A stretch of DNA of 63,940 nt, counting the filler, from Dirinaria sp. TL-2023a (Eukaryota): assembly GCA_051941275.1 (NCBI GenBank). It is 3 parts of 3 records of this genome, joined end to end, with 100 filler letters (N's around TTAATTAATTAA, not from the genome) between each part and the next. Parts side by side here need not be neighbours in the genome. Positions count along the whole stretch, not along the records: positions 22,308 to 44,492 come from JAVEBF010000232.1; 2 more parts are not named here. One strand, given 5' to 3'. The position numbers and the translations under genes are program-made. The first letter of the stretch is position 1, and each line of letters begins with the position of its first letter. The notes beneath the pieces were generated by a model that saw nothing but the letters and a program-made list of their open reading frames with translations, did not search any database and was not told where the DNA came from. This document shows, piece after piece, positions 25,701-38,121 of the stretch.

Positions 25701-25874
25701 AGGTCGAGGAGTCAAGATTTTGGTATGCTGTTCGATAGGTTGGACGTGTACAGTCTCTTCGGTCATGAAACCTGAGCTGCAACGAGGCGAAGCCTTTGGG
25801 CTGGTCGGCTTTTCGTCAACGTGAAGATTCGTCAAAGAATCGTTGAGAGCTTCTTCAAGATCAAGGACAGGCAT
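22719..25874 (-). CDS. F-box domain protein (1051 aa, single ORF)
   Basis: F-box-like motifs [25 protein letters not shown] and [26 protein letters not shown]; conserved-looking [22 protein letters not shown]; acidic low-complexity tail. Confidence 0.78.
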   Translation of the reverse strand: [1051 protein letters not shown]

Positions 25875-26857
25875 TGCTCATCAGCTTATGCAAGAGACCG
25901 AATGACTTGTACCTTGGATACTTGCTAGTTCTGGAAAGCTATAGAAGAGGAAGCGACTTAAGACGTCCTGGTTTGGCGTTTCGGAGAGATTGTGGGTTAC
26001 GACAGCATAATTAAAAGACACTGTACGATTTAGGCTGAGATATCAAGGAGCGCTAATGAGTTTCATAGAGCGAATGCACTGAATTCGTGTAGTGGTAGCG
26101 AACGAATGGAAGCTGGTGATGCACTTCTGGGATGGCGCCGTAAAGGATACGGGAGTCACGGTCTGCAATAAAGGTGTGGTGCTGGAGGAGAGGGGTGTCC
26201 CCAGACTTATATGAGAGTGAAGAGGGAACACGGTATTGCGGGAATCTGAGGGAATTTGGTGCTTGAGGGAAGGAAAACTTAACATACGCACCTTCCATGT
26301 GTAGCGGCGCCACCGCGAAAAGTGCCCCGTAAAGAGCAGAGCAGAGTAGCAGTATGGCCGCCTCGCTTTTACGGCATTTGGGAGCAGGTACTAGTCTGTA
26401 CCTTCTTCGACTCTGCCTCGGCACCTATGCCCTCCTGGCAGAGTACTCATTGCCAGGGCCTTACCCAACAAACCGGCAACTCTCGTCAGAAATGCGTTAT
26501 AACATGGCGAAGATCCAGTCGACAAGTGAAGGGCCATCCTCAACTAGGAAAATCGTCATACTTGTGCCACAAACCGTAAAGAAGAAGCTCAGATAGATGA
26601 GAGCACTAAGATGAGAGCCAAGGAACGCATGACCAAAGCAGCCAATTGACGTTGGATATTTCCAACTAGGCTGGATGCTTTCCTTGGCCATCGTAGGCTA
26701 TGCTATATGAAATGATACTAATCGTATAACAGAGACGGCCACACAGGGTATACGAGCCCTTCCAACTCCTCATGAATGCCGGCTGTGCAATTTGGTATCA
26801 CGTAAGCAGGTAAATGCATTGAAGTCTGAAGAGCGCTGAAGGAGTGCCAGCAATTCA

Positions 26858-29538
26858 TTACGAACGGTCCGTATCTCCGTGTCCGTTCGATCTTTTTCGG
26901 ATCCACATCTCCTCCAACGGCATGATTAAGCTAGGATTGATGAATCGCAAGCCAGTCTCTTCGGATTCGTCGACTGTTCTGCCGTAGGCAGTTTCACTAT
27001 CGTAACGCGATTCACCAGGGGGCACAGCTCCAAAAGGAGGATCACGGGTCAAGCTGCGTAAGGCGATGAACTTCATCAGCGGCTCATATGTCCTCTGGTA
27101 GAACACGATGAACCAGATAGTGGCCGCGATGAGTGGTGCGACGAGAACGGATCGGACGAAGGCCCCCTTCAAAGCTAGGATACCGGTGACCGCGATCTGG
27201 AATATTATCAAACCAACAATGATACGGATACAGATAAGGGACCAAGCTCTGCCGGTTGAGTGCTGCCGATGGTCCATGGCGTAAAGCAGCTGATACTTGT
27301 AAATGAAGCTGCCGATGACGAAATAAACGAGCCCGAAAAAGAGCACAATCCAGGAACTCGGTAGAACACTGTAGACAGTACAGATGACAAAGATCAAAAT
27401 GGTCTGAGGAAGGTAAAAGCCGTAACTAAAAACAGGCGGCTGCACCAGCTCAGCGTAGTCTAAATTCATCAGCTACAGTGCCTACTTTAAGGGGTCAGCT
27501 TACACACCTCTCGGGGTCTTTGCTCCTATGAGGTTCAGCGGATAGAGGGCGACGCTTCCGAATTCGAGCAATCTAAACGGAAAAAGCCCGAAGCCTTGCA
27601 ATATGATGAGATTCCAGTAGAAGGGCGCCAAGTCTTGGAGAGAGGTAGCAAGCACATAGGCGATTTTCCTCGTGTCTTTCAGTGAGTCTCCGATTTTGTC
27701 AAAATAGTCCTTAGCCTGAGAGGCAGTACCAAAGATCGTAAAGACAATGAACAGGTTAAAAAAGGTGAAGAAGAAGTTCTTCGAAATGACCGACATCTCT
27801 ACTTCGCCTTGTGACAACATTCCTTGGAGGGTTGCAAACCCTATGTGATGATCATTGTCAGCTACCTGGTAGGGGCGAGGGAATCAACAAGCCTACAATA
27901 GTACAGGTACGGCACCGCCACGTTGAGTAGCGAGACCAGGAGCGTTGGTAAAGCAGTCGTGACCAGCGTCTTGCTAAGGGGATGGCTCTCAAGAGCATCC
28001 GCGAGCTGAGGCCAAACAGCACGGATTGTACTCAATTTCAACAAGCCTGCCAGAGGAACTAGCAGCAGAGACCAAAATACAGTGAGCACCAAAATGATGA
28101 GTGTGATAAGCCACGACCAAGTCATCCTGCTCGAGCGTGAGAGATAGGTATTAGGCCAGATGACGTCGGAAGAAGCGGGGGCAGCATTGGCCAAAAGAAC
28201 CATAGGCTTAGGATCCATTCTTGCTTGTATCGCCATTTGCTATGAATGTCAGCCTGATTCGGTGGGGAAAAAGTCAGTAGACTTACAGCCGCGGCAGTAG
28301 AATCCAGAGTCACAAAGGCCAACGGCATCGGCTTATACTCCTTCTTCCTCGCGGACTTTATCTGCTCGTCGAGTTTTCGAAGACGCTCTTCGTAATAGTC
28401 GATAGCATCGACCTGTCGGCTTTGCAATTTGAGGAAGCCGTACCAAAGGCGAGTCGTCGGCCTGATATTCGCGTATGAAGAGACGTGATCGCGGCCCTGG
28501 TCATCGCCATTGAGCAATCGTGACTCCTCGTCCTCGTTATCGTTTGGCAATGCCGGGCGAGAGACTGGAGACTTCGAAGATCCTTGATGTCCTAGGTGCA
28601 CTGTCCAGGCTTCCTCCAGCTTTCGCAGGACAGCCATTCTTTGGTTGATAAGGCTGTCCAATTCGCCCCAATTCTTACACAAAGTGACGCTTTCGACCTT
28701 GCCTATTTGCAGATTCTCAATCGTTTCTTTAACCATCTCTTCAGAGCGCAGTTCAGGAGGTATGCCAGATAGACGTATGGTGCGGTCTGTGACGGTGCTC
28801 TGACTCCCAAGGTAGTCCTGCCGTATCCTGATTATTTTCTGCGTTTCCTTCACAATCAACCAGACGGCAATGCCAGTGAAGAAGTACACGAATCCGAGAT
28901 ACATCCATAGGTAGTCTGTGGAGATATTCATAAGAATACCAGATGGATCTGTTGATTCGGCAGAGAGGTAATGTGGTTCGTCGAACGATGAGGGGTATGC
29001 TTGGGCCCGAATCATCGCGCTAGTGCTGTTGCGGTCATTGGGATCATACCCATAGTCTCCGGTGAAGTGAACGTGGACCGGGAGAATGACGACAAGGGAA
29101 AAGAAAAAGGTGATGGCGAGGAAACGGATGGCGAGCTTGAAGAAGGACAAGAACTGCGGAAGGTTTAGCCTCAGAAAATCCCAGTGGGTTTTGATTGCGG
29201 ACCACAAAGGCATCTAGGCCTGCAGAAGCCAGCACCTCATCTTCTGTGATCCGGTATAGTACTGGGATCCAGCCGAAGTAGGTATCGGGAAGCTCTGGGA
29301 GGCGCGCAGCAGCATTCTTCTGTCGTTTCCTGGCCGCGTACAAGCCGGTCCAACGTGGCCTCAGAGCCTGAGAAGGTCAGCGCAAGTAGAAGCTCGGACG
29401 GCCGGTTGGGCCTACGCAGAAACCTAGGAAAGCTGACAAGCCTAGAGCAATCGAGATAACGAGCTGGGTAATAATGTCTCTTTGATCTTGTGCTTGCTCG
29501 CTCACGTCGGAGCTTTCGAAAGCCGATACCGAAACCAT
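26858..29538 (-). CDS. CSC1/OSCA (DUF221, RSN1/PHM7-like) calcium-permeable stress-gated channel
   Basis: Exons with LYAAR..FGWIPVLYRITEDEVLASAGLDAFV, QSTVTDRTIRLSGIP, AFVTLDS, APASSDVIWPN, PFRLLEFG, YKYQLLYAMDH; multiple GT-AG introns. Confidence 0.9.
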
Positions 29539-29844
29539 GGTGAGTATTGTGTAAGCAATCAGTGTATTCTCAGAAATTTGACATGAATCATCGGGGCCAA
29601 CACTGCCCCAAAACTCGAGTGGGCGCAGTCGAGCAGTCAATCGAGTGAACAAAAATACCGTAACAATCGAAGATGCCTCGATGCATGATGAAAAAGCCGG
29701 CTTTAGCCTTGGCACACGCGGGAAAACCTCGGCTCTCGGAACAACGTAAAGACGTGACGCATCTGCAATTTTTGGTGCGCGTCTCAAATTTACTTTGTCG
29801 GTTGGGAACGGTCGACCAGCTCCTGCACTTTTCAAGGTCCGAAC

Positions 29845-31600
29845 ATGGTATGTGTATAATCAAAGCTTCGTCTCTAACCTTGCTAATCTTTCCTACATAG
29901 TCGAGTTTCAACAACCCAACCCAGATCTTCGCCGACGATGTCCAGGAGGAAAAGGGCGAAAATGCGCGCTTGCAAGCCTTCGTTGGCGCAATTGCCGTGG
30001 GAGATCTCGTGAAAAGCACGCTCGGGCCTAAAGGCATGGATAAGATACTGCAATCCGCGTAGGTAATGCGCATGTTTTCCTGTCGGAGAAATGATGTTGA
30101 CTTCAACGAAGATCAACTGGGGAGATCATGGTTACAAATGATGGGGCAACAATTCTCAAGTCCATAGTACTCGACAATGCCGCCGCAAAGGTCTTGGTCA
30201 ACATCTCAAAGGTGCAAGACGACGAGGTCGGGGACGGCACAACCTCAGTCACCGTCTTGGCAGCAGAACTTCTCCGCGAGGCTGAGAAACTGGTGGAGAG
30301 GAAGATACACCCACAGACGATTATAGAAGGGTACCGAATCGCCAGCAATGTCGCCTTATCAGCGCTTGAGAAAACAGCAATGGATCACAGCAAAGACAGA
30401 CACGCGTTCAGAAAGGATCTGTTAGCCATAGCACGGACGACACTAAGCTCAAAGGTGCTGAGTCAGGATCGGGATCATTTCGCCAACCTAGCCTGCGATG
30501 CTGTGCTGCGGATGCGAGGGTCGACTGACTTGAGCCATATTCAGATTATCAAGAAGGCCGGTGGCAAGCTGAATGATTCCTACCTAGACGAAGGTTTCAT
30601 CCTCGACAAGCGAATAGGCGTGAATCAGCCCAAGAGATTGGAGAATGCCAAGATACTGGTCGCCAATACGGCGATGGACACAGACAAGATCAAAATCTTC
30701 GGTGCCCGAGTAAAGGTCGAATCCACTGGCAAGCTCGCGGAGCTTGAGAAGGCCGAGCGGGAGAAGATGAAGGCCAAAGTGGAAAGAATCAAGGCTCACG
30801 GCATCAATTGCTTCGTCAACCGACAGCTGATTTACAATTGGCCGGAACAGCTGTTTTCAGACGCCGGCATCGTATCGATAGAGCACGCCGACTTTGACGG
30901 TATCGAGCGTCTTGCATTAGTCACAGGAGGAGAAATTGCATCAACGTTCGATCACCCGGAACACGTTAAGCTTGGCAAATGTGATCTCATTGAAGAAGTT
31001 ATCATTGGCGAAGATACGCTGATCAAGTTCTCGGGAGTTGCGGCCGGCCAAGCCTGTACTATTGTCCTTCGAGGCGCTACGGAGCAGCTCCTCGATGAGG
31101 CCGAACGTTCACTGCACGACGCACTTGCTGTTCTTTCCCAGACAGTACGCGAGCCGAAGACAACGTTAGGGGGCGGCTGTGCTGAAATGGTGATGGCGAA
31201 GGCTGTTGAACAAACAGCCCCGAATGTAGCAGGGAAGAAGGCGATAGCAGTCGATTCTTTCGCCACAGCATTACGACAACTACCCACCATCTTGGCAGAT
31301 AATGCCGGGCTCGACTCGAGCGACCTTGTAGCGAGGCTAAAGAAAGCGATCTACGACGGAGCGACCAATTCTGGATTGGACCTGCTGACTCCCGGAGGTG
31401 GCATCGCGGATATGGCCAAGGTTGGGGTTATTGAAAGCTACAAGCTGAAGAGGGCGGTCGTGTCTTCAGCATCGGAAGCCGCGGAGGTAAGACACCGTGA
31501 AGTGTCCAATATCTGCTGTGGAGGTGCTAATTCTGGCCAGCTCCTACTCCGGGTTGATTCGATAGTGCGATGTGCACCTCGGAAACGTGAAAGGATGTAA
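29845..31600 (+). CDS. CCT2: T-complex protein 1 subunit beta (chaperonin CCT2)
   Basis: ATG|intron, [71 protein letters not shown]-terminal APRKRERM. Confidence 0.95.
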
Positions 31601-32789
31601 AGCATCGAGTGGCAACATTGTACACATACCGATCTCCGGCATCATTGCATTTAAGGTGTATTGAGCGAGCAGAATCGAGGAGGGTACCAAGTTTTGATCG
31701 TCCAGCCGTCCCTAATTACGTTGACTTCTGTCTCATGCAAGCAACAAAAGCGAAAGCACGACTGGGTTCTAGGGAGGCTTGTATGATTCAAGCTTCTTCC
31801 GTGATGACATACCGATTCCGGTCACTCCGAGGTTGTTAGCCAGTATAGTAGATAGAGCGCACGATGGCTTAGCCGAGAGAAGTCTTAGCTACAACAGCGA
31901 AGTCTTCCATGTGCCGCCAACATTCCTCTTGAAGGATGGCTTTGAAATGACCGCTAGCTCTGCAAGAAGTTTCGAGTAATAATTCAATTCTGTGGCCAGC
32001 TGATCTCGAGCCTACCTGTCAGGGTTCGGGGAGGATTTTTTGTGAGGATTTCCTCGACGTCAAGACGTTTGAAGGCAGATATAACAGACGTCCAATACTA
32101 ATGAAGCCAGCTGAGTAAAGAGCAGCCATCACCATCCAAATAGCAGACAGTACCTTAGAGCCGAAGCCAGATGAAGTAATGCGAGAACCTGAAACGCTCA
32201 TGCTCAGCGGGAACTGCCTCAGCCTCTCCTGTGCCTGTTTGAAGTTTCGGGAGCTGATTATGTAAACGTGCCAAGGCCATGCGTAATTGGTGAGGATATC
32301 GACGATTCGCTTCTAACCAATTTAGACCCGATTGGGAAGGCTTCAATAAATTCCATTCCGCTGGGGGGCTGAGCCAAAATTCGTATCACCGATTATATTC
32401 ACCGGGCAATAATAATAAATACCCCGGACTCCGTACTAGTAGTACTCCCTACCTTACCTACGGCAGGTGGCAGTCCTACTACTGTAGTCTGTACTGTACT
32501 TACCTTGCCTTACATACTTATGCACGCCGTGCCTGTGCCTTTGCCTTTTTGAGAGCCTTCTCTTGCCTTCCTTGCTGACGCCCACCAGCCTACTCTCACC
32601 ATTCTTTTTCATCCCTTCGCCCCCTCATCAATTTCTCTGCCTATTCTTCATTCCCCTCCTCTGGCACGATACTTAGCCATGGTTTGTTTGCCACTGCAAC
32701 ATCTACATACTGCTACCGACTGAATGAGAAGACCCTCATGTTGATGGATGCCTACTCGGCTACTGCCAAGTTGCTAGCTACACATCAAC

Positions 32790-35700
32790 ATGCGTCGCCG
32801 TACCGGCGCTGGAGGAACCCTTCTCTCTCTGTTTGCGGCCTCCCTCTTTCTCTTTCCGATATTTGCAGCCTCGCAGCAACAGGGTCAACAACACTACCGG
32901 AAGTCCCCTCACGAGCGAGGTCCCTTGAACGACCCCCAGACCATCCCAAGCATCCCACGAGATGATCGACATACCAAGACGACCGAATACCGAAACGCAA
33001 AGGATACGATTTTAGATCCCAAGCAAGCGAGCGCCGTCGCAACCAATGCAGCTCCGGCATCCGACAACCTTGCCGTAGGAGCTCTCCGTCCTGTCAGAGG
33101 GTCCGGTGACGCCGGGCTTACCTCGCCGCACCATGCGCGGTCTCTGCAGGACTGGGAGGTTGAGGACTTCATACTTCTGGCGACCGTGGATGGTTCAATA
33201 CACGCGAGAGATCGGAAGACCGGCGCTCCGAGGTGGGAGCTCGAGGTGGACAGATCCATGGTGGAGACAATTTACCATAGCAGGAATAAATCGCTAGATG
33301 ATGGTTTGGTGAGCGAATACGACTTCATCTGGATAATCGAGCCAAGCAAAGATGGAGACATCTACATTTACAATCCGACGCGACATGGTGGAGGGTTGCA
33401 GAAGCTGCATTTAACCGTCAAGCAGCTGGTGGAGGACATGTCGCCATATGAAAGCATTGACCCTGCAGTGGTCTACAACGCGGAGAAGAAAACAAAGACT
33501 TATACGGTTGATGCGAATACGGGGAGAATCACCAAAGTCTTCGGCACTGGAAGTTCCGTAGGAGAATTCCAACCAAGGTGCCCCAAGCCTGGAGGCCTGG
33601 AGACATTGGACGATGAAGAATGTGGGCCGGGCAGTTCGTTCGTGCTCGGACGGACCGAATATACGGTCACTATACAGAATCGCGAAACAACGGAACCCAT
33701 CTGCACCATCATGTATTCGGAGTGGGGTCCTAATACGAGAGATCAGGATTTGCACCAACAACACTCGACCACCATGGATAGTCGATACGTGTACCCTCTT
33801 CACGATGGTTGGATATACGGACTTGACTATGCACAATATCCCGACCGGCAGCGTTCCTTCAAACAAAAACTTTCATCACCGGTGGTTCGGGTGTTTGACG
33901 TAGCTCGTCCACTACAGATCGATGAAGGCGATTCAGAGCTAATAGTATTGCCTCAGCCCAGGCCGATCGACCTTGAGAACGCGTATGCATTCTCGGACAG
34001 AAATCGTATCTTCGTCAATCATACCGCTGCTGGAGGATGGTTCGCTATGTCTGAGAACACCTACCCATTAGCGACTGATCAAGCGAAGACTGCTCAGTGC
34101 TATGATCAAGATTGGCAGGAGATGACATCGACCTCCCAAGCAATCAGTTTCGCTCAACGGCAGGAGGGTTTCGTTGGGGTCCATGCTTTGTCCGACTTCC
34201 AAACATGGCGTGACAGTGGCCTGAAGACTATATCTGCTCCGCCTCCGGAATCAAAAGATGAAGCTCCAGTTAGTATCTATGCCGAGTCTCCTCGACTACA
34301 GTCGTTGCCAGCGATCGGCAACAGCAAGATAATTGGAAGCGCGGCAGCCAATTTGGTAGATATTCTCGTGACTCTGCTCCTGCTCGTCGGCGTCACCTTC
34401 TGGTGGGTAAATCGACGATTTTTCAGCAGAGTTCTGAAACAAACATTTGAGCTTAAGCGTGTACCGCCGTCGATTGAACAGCAGATCGCCTCCGTCCCAT
34501 CTACGCCTATTGTGGCGCAACCACCATGGTCCGAGGAGCCTATGACTTCGATGTTGGACCAGGTCAACAATGGCTTAGACAAAGAACAGAATAGTGAAGA
34601 AGTAACTCCAACATCTTCGAGACGTAGCACGCTCTTGGAACCTCCAGCTCTGACACGAAGTCGAGCAACTTCAATAGACGAGCCACGTGGTCGAACAGAC
34701 CAAGGTCCAACCGTCCATTTCGAGGAACGCTCACTCTCCAGAGCGCCTGACGATGACGAGCTTGTCAGCTCTCCCCAACCGAACAGGAAAAAAGCTCGTC
34801 GTGGCTGTAGAGGCGGTGCCAAGCACAAGAAGAAAAGGAGCAACAGCAAGCATGAACCCAAAGAGGAAGCAGAACAGACCATCCAAGAGATTTCTGAGAC
34901 CGCAAAAGAGGCCGATGTGGTAGAAGTTCACCTGGAGAATACTCTTGCGAGAGTCGACAGTCAGGTAGTGAACGGGAGCCCGGATCTCTCTGGCCCTGTC
35001 ATACAGATAGGGCACCTCAAGGTCTACACAGACACTGTTCTTGGCTTTGGTAGTCACGGTACCATGGTCTACAAAGGGACATTCGGGGGCAGGGATGTGG
35101 CCGTCAAGAGAATGCTCTTGGAATTCTACGAGATTGCGTCCCATGAAGTTGGCCTCCTACAAGAAAGTGATGATCATCCGAACGTTATTCGATACTTCGA
35201 CAAGGAATCAGCTGGCGAGTTTCTGTATATTGCACTTGAGCTTTGTCCTGCATCTCTCGCAGACGTCATCGAAAGGCCAACCCAGTTTCCATCCCTGCTT
35301 GGCTCGAGTAGCTCCGAAACACTCGATGTGTTGAAGCAAATAACAGCTGGAGTGCAATACCTACACTCCTTGAAGATCGTTCACCGGGACATCAAGCCTC
35401 AAAACATCCTGGTCTCAGCGCCAAAGCTGGTGCCTGCTAACCCCTCAGCGTCCCAGCCCCCTCGCTTGCTGATATCGGACTTTGGTCTGTGCAAGAAACT
35501 TGAGGGCGATCAAAATTCTTTCCGCGCAACTACCGCTCACGCAGCAGGCACTTCGGGCTGGCGCGCTCCAGAACTCCTCGTCGATGACGATCTCATCGGC
35601 TCAAACTCTCCACATACCCATCACACTGGGGGCAGTCACTCAGAGCCCGCTGTGGTGGATCCTCAGACGAATCGTCGGGCTACCCGCGCAATCGATATCT

Positions 35701-36353
35701 TCTCGCTCGGATGTGTTTTTTACTATGTCCTCACCGGCGGCAATCATCCGTTCGACAAGAATGGCAAATACATGCGGGAAGCCAATATCGTCAAAGGCTA
35801 CCACAATATCGACGAGTTAGAAGTCCTGAAGGACTATCAGTGGGAGGCCAAAGATCTCATCAGCAACATGTTGGCCAAAGAGCCACGGACTCGTCCTGAT
35901 GCCGGCGCCATCCTCACGCACCCCTTCTTCTGGTCTGCCGAAGACAGACTCGAGTTCCTCTGCCATGTCAGCGACGCTTTCGAGTTTGAGCCTCGGGACC
36001 CTCCCTCAGCAGCTCTGTCGCACCTTGAAAGCTACGGGCCCAGAATTCTCGAAGAAGCTGGCGGTGACTTCCTTCGCGCCTTGCCACTTCAATTCAAGGA
36101 CACTCTCGGCAAACAAAGGAAATACAATGGCGGTCGCATCCTGGATCTCCTTCGTGCTTTGCGGAACAAGAAGAACCATTACGAAGATATGCCGGAGAAC
36201 GTGAAGCGCAATGTTGGCCCCTTGCCTGAGGGATATCTTGGCTTCTGGGCCAGAAGATTCCCGAGTCTGCTCATGTGCTGCCAAAGAATTGTGCTGGAGG
36301 TCGGTTGGGCGGAGAGGGATCGGTTCAAGAAATTCTACAACAATCAATCCTGA
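32790..36353 (+). CDS. IRE1: IRE1 ER-stress sensor kinase/endoribonuclease
   Basis: Signal peptide, luminal domain (LATVDGSIHARDRKTG), TM segment, kinase (LGFGSHGT, LQESDDHPNVIRYF, HRDIKPQN, ISDFGLCKKL, GTSGWRAPE) and KEN RNase (DLLRALRNKKNHY); intronless 1187 aa. Confidence 0.96.
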   Translation: MRRRTGAGGTLLSLFAASLFLFPIFAASQQQGQQHYRKSPHERGPLNDPQTIPSIPRDDRHTKTTEYRNAKDTILDPKQASAVATNAAPASDNLAVGALRPVRGSGDAGLTSPHHARSLQDWEVEDFILLATVDGSIHARDRKTGAPRWELEVDRSMVETIYHSRNKSLDDGLVSEYDFIWIIEPSKDGDIYIYNPTRHGGGLQKLHLTVKQLVEDMSPYESIDPAVVYNAEKKTKTYTVDANTGRITKVFGTGSSVGEFQPRCPKPGGLETLDDEECGPGSSFVLGRTEYTVTIQNRETTEPICTIMYSEWGPNTRDQDLHQQHSTTMDSRYVYPLHDGWIYGLDYAQYPDRQRSFKQKLSSPVVRVFDVARPLQIDEGDSELIVLPQPRPIDLENAYAFSDRNRIFVNHTAAGGWFAMSENTYPLATDQAKTAQCYDQDWQEMTSTSQAISFAQRQEGFVGVHALSDFQTWRDSGLKTISAPPPESKDEAPVSIYAESPRLQSLPAIGNSKIIGSAAANLVDILVTLLLLVGVTFWWVNRRFFSRVLKQTFELKRVPPSIEQQIASVPSTPIVAQPPWSEEPMTSMLDQVNNGLDKEQNSEEVTPTSSRRSTLLEPPALTRSRATSIDEPRGRTDQGPTVHFEERSLSRAPDDDELVSSPQPNRKKARRGCRGGAKHKKKRSNSKHEPKEEAEQTIQEISETAKEADVVEVHLENTLARVDSQVVNGSPDLSGPVIQIGHLKVYTDTVLGFGSHGTMVYKGTFGGRDVAVKRMLLEFYEIASHEVGLLQESDDHPNVIRYFDKESAGEFLYIALELCPASLADVIERPTQFPSLLGSSSSETLDVLKQITAGVQYLHSLKIVHRDIKPQNILVSAPKLVPANPSASQPPRLLISDFGLCKKLEGDQNSFRATTAHAAGTSGWRAPELLVDDDLIGSNSPHTHHTGGSHSEPAVVDPQTNRRATRAIDIFSLGCVFYYVLTGGNHPFDKNGKYMREANIVKGYHNIDELEVLKDYQWEAKDLISNMLAKEPRTRPDAGAILTHPFFWSAEDRLEFLCHVSDAFEFEPRDPPSAALSHLESYGPRILEEAGGDFLRALPLQFKDTLGKQRKYNGGRILDLLRALRNKKNHYEDMPENVKRNVGPLPEGYLGFWARRFPSLLMCCQRIVLEVGWAERDRFKKFYNNQS

Positions 36354-36466
36354 CTGCTTGAATAAAAATGTGCTTTGGATGTGTGCTTGAACATTTTTCA
36401 CTATATATAGCAAAAATTTTTCTCCAAAGATCTGTGTGTATATTATTATATTAGAACCTTCAAATG

Positions 36467-36492
36467 GATTTTGATTTTGATTTTGATTTTGA
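36467..36492. repeat. (GATTTT)4 hexamer microsatellite downstream of IRE1
   Basis: Read directly from the sequence. Confidence 0.85.
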
Positions 36493-36804
36493 AGATGGAT
36501 TGCTTATACGCATCATTGAGTGCGGCTATGAAATTTTACAAATACTTATAGTATGTCTTTGCCATCGAGTTTGTAATGATGTTACAGTACCTTTTCCCTA
36601 TCTTAGTACCAGGTAGACGTCGAAAATTGCTATATACCCAGTTCAAAGTCCCATGAACATCATTTCAGCTTTCGCAAACCGATGTTCTCGGTCGTGTTCA
36701 CCAGGATAGTGCAGATAGGTAGCCAGAGGGATTGCTCGCCCAAAAATGCTTCGTCTCTTGAAAGCAATCAATTCAACTCCCCCTCCATCTATAAACAAGC
36801 AATG

Positions 36805-37751
36805 CTAAGCCCCCGCCCCAGGACCTTGATAGTCCTGGTCGGGCAAATACAAATGCCTGACCGCGCCCTTCTTCGTCAGCACCACCAACCTGATCACGCC
36901 TCCCGAGCTGCCGTCCCATTTTATGGCTTCCCTCAGCGCGCCCTTGACAAACGCCACGCCTTGCTCCTCGCTCATGTTCTCCTTCCAGTACGAATCGCAG
37001 TAGCCGTAAATATACGTGCTTCCGCTGCCGCCGATCGCATAGGCTTGTTTGTGCAGCGATCCTCCCAAAGGGATACTATAGACCGAGCCACCGTGTTTCG
37101 GGGTGTAGCCTGCGATGATCATGCCCGCGCTAAATGGAGGTGTTAATTTCTTCCCTCCTTTCTTTCCTTTCCTTTCCTTTCTTCTCTACCCTCGTGCATT
37201 CTTTCGAGAAGAAAGAAACGTTCCGCCAACAGAACAGAACAGAACTCACCTCAACCGATCCTTGTTCGCGTAGCACAGCTCCTGGAACAGCGCCGCGGCC
37301 GTCTGCGTCGAGGGCGCCTCCCCGTTCTGCACCCCGTACATCTCCAGGTGGTACTTCACGATGTCGGCGACGGCCTGCGTGTCCGCCGCCGACCCGGACC
37401 GGCAGCACCAGATCGTGTCGTGCACCTGCGTCAGCTTGTCCGTCACCCGGTTCGCGATGTAGGCCCCCGTCGTCGTCCGCGAGTCGGCGCCCAGTATCAC
37501 CCCTTCCGAGAATGTTATTGCCATGCTGGTGAGGAGGAGAAAATGGGTTAGTAAGAGGGTTGTTTGGGTGGAGGGGGAGGGAGGGGGCAGAGCAAACATG
37601 GAGGTTCCGAGGTTCACTTCGCCGGCTTTGAGGTGTGTGGTGTCGATGTGGATGCCATCTGCGAGGAGAAGGTTAGTATAAAGTAGGGAGAGTTGGAGGA
37701 TTGGGGGTCTGGACCTTCTCCCAGCATCCCGGTTGCTGTGTCGTTTAGCAT
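36805..37751 (-). CDS. PRE3: 20S proteasome subunit beta1
   Basis: [11 protein letters not shown] (propeptide cleavage before the catalytic Thr), [54 protein letters not shown]; three introns. Confidence 0.93.
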
Positions 37752-38121
37752 TGTGGTGATGTATGTCGAGGGGGAGTTGGAGAGACAGTATGGGATTTTG
37801 CGATTGAAGAGGGTCGAGAGGCCGCACCGGGAAAAGTATTAGAAAGATGTGATGGGTATGGAAAGCAGAGAGTACATCAGGCAGCTTGTACGCGTTGGAG
37901 CTTGATCACTATCAGAGCTATTATTCGTCGTCAGATCCAAGCTCGGAACCACTGCCGGCCCGAGAGTCCTGTCAAATCAAATCCATCCCTACCCTAAGTG
38001 TTAACCCACCGACCATTTTACGATTTCACAGTAAGACGGTCAAAAGGCTACGGCGATCTCTTGAGACACGTCGAAAACATTTTAGCTGCCGTTATTTTTT
38101 CAAAAAGTAACATATCCAAAT

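Noticed and set aside
26043..26700. Short ORFs between the F-box and CSC1-like genes
   Set aside because: No recognisable domain or consistent exon structure
31780..32350. Short minus-strand ORFs between CCT2 and IRE1
   Set aside because: Could not be assembled into a coherent gene model
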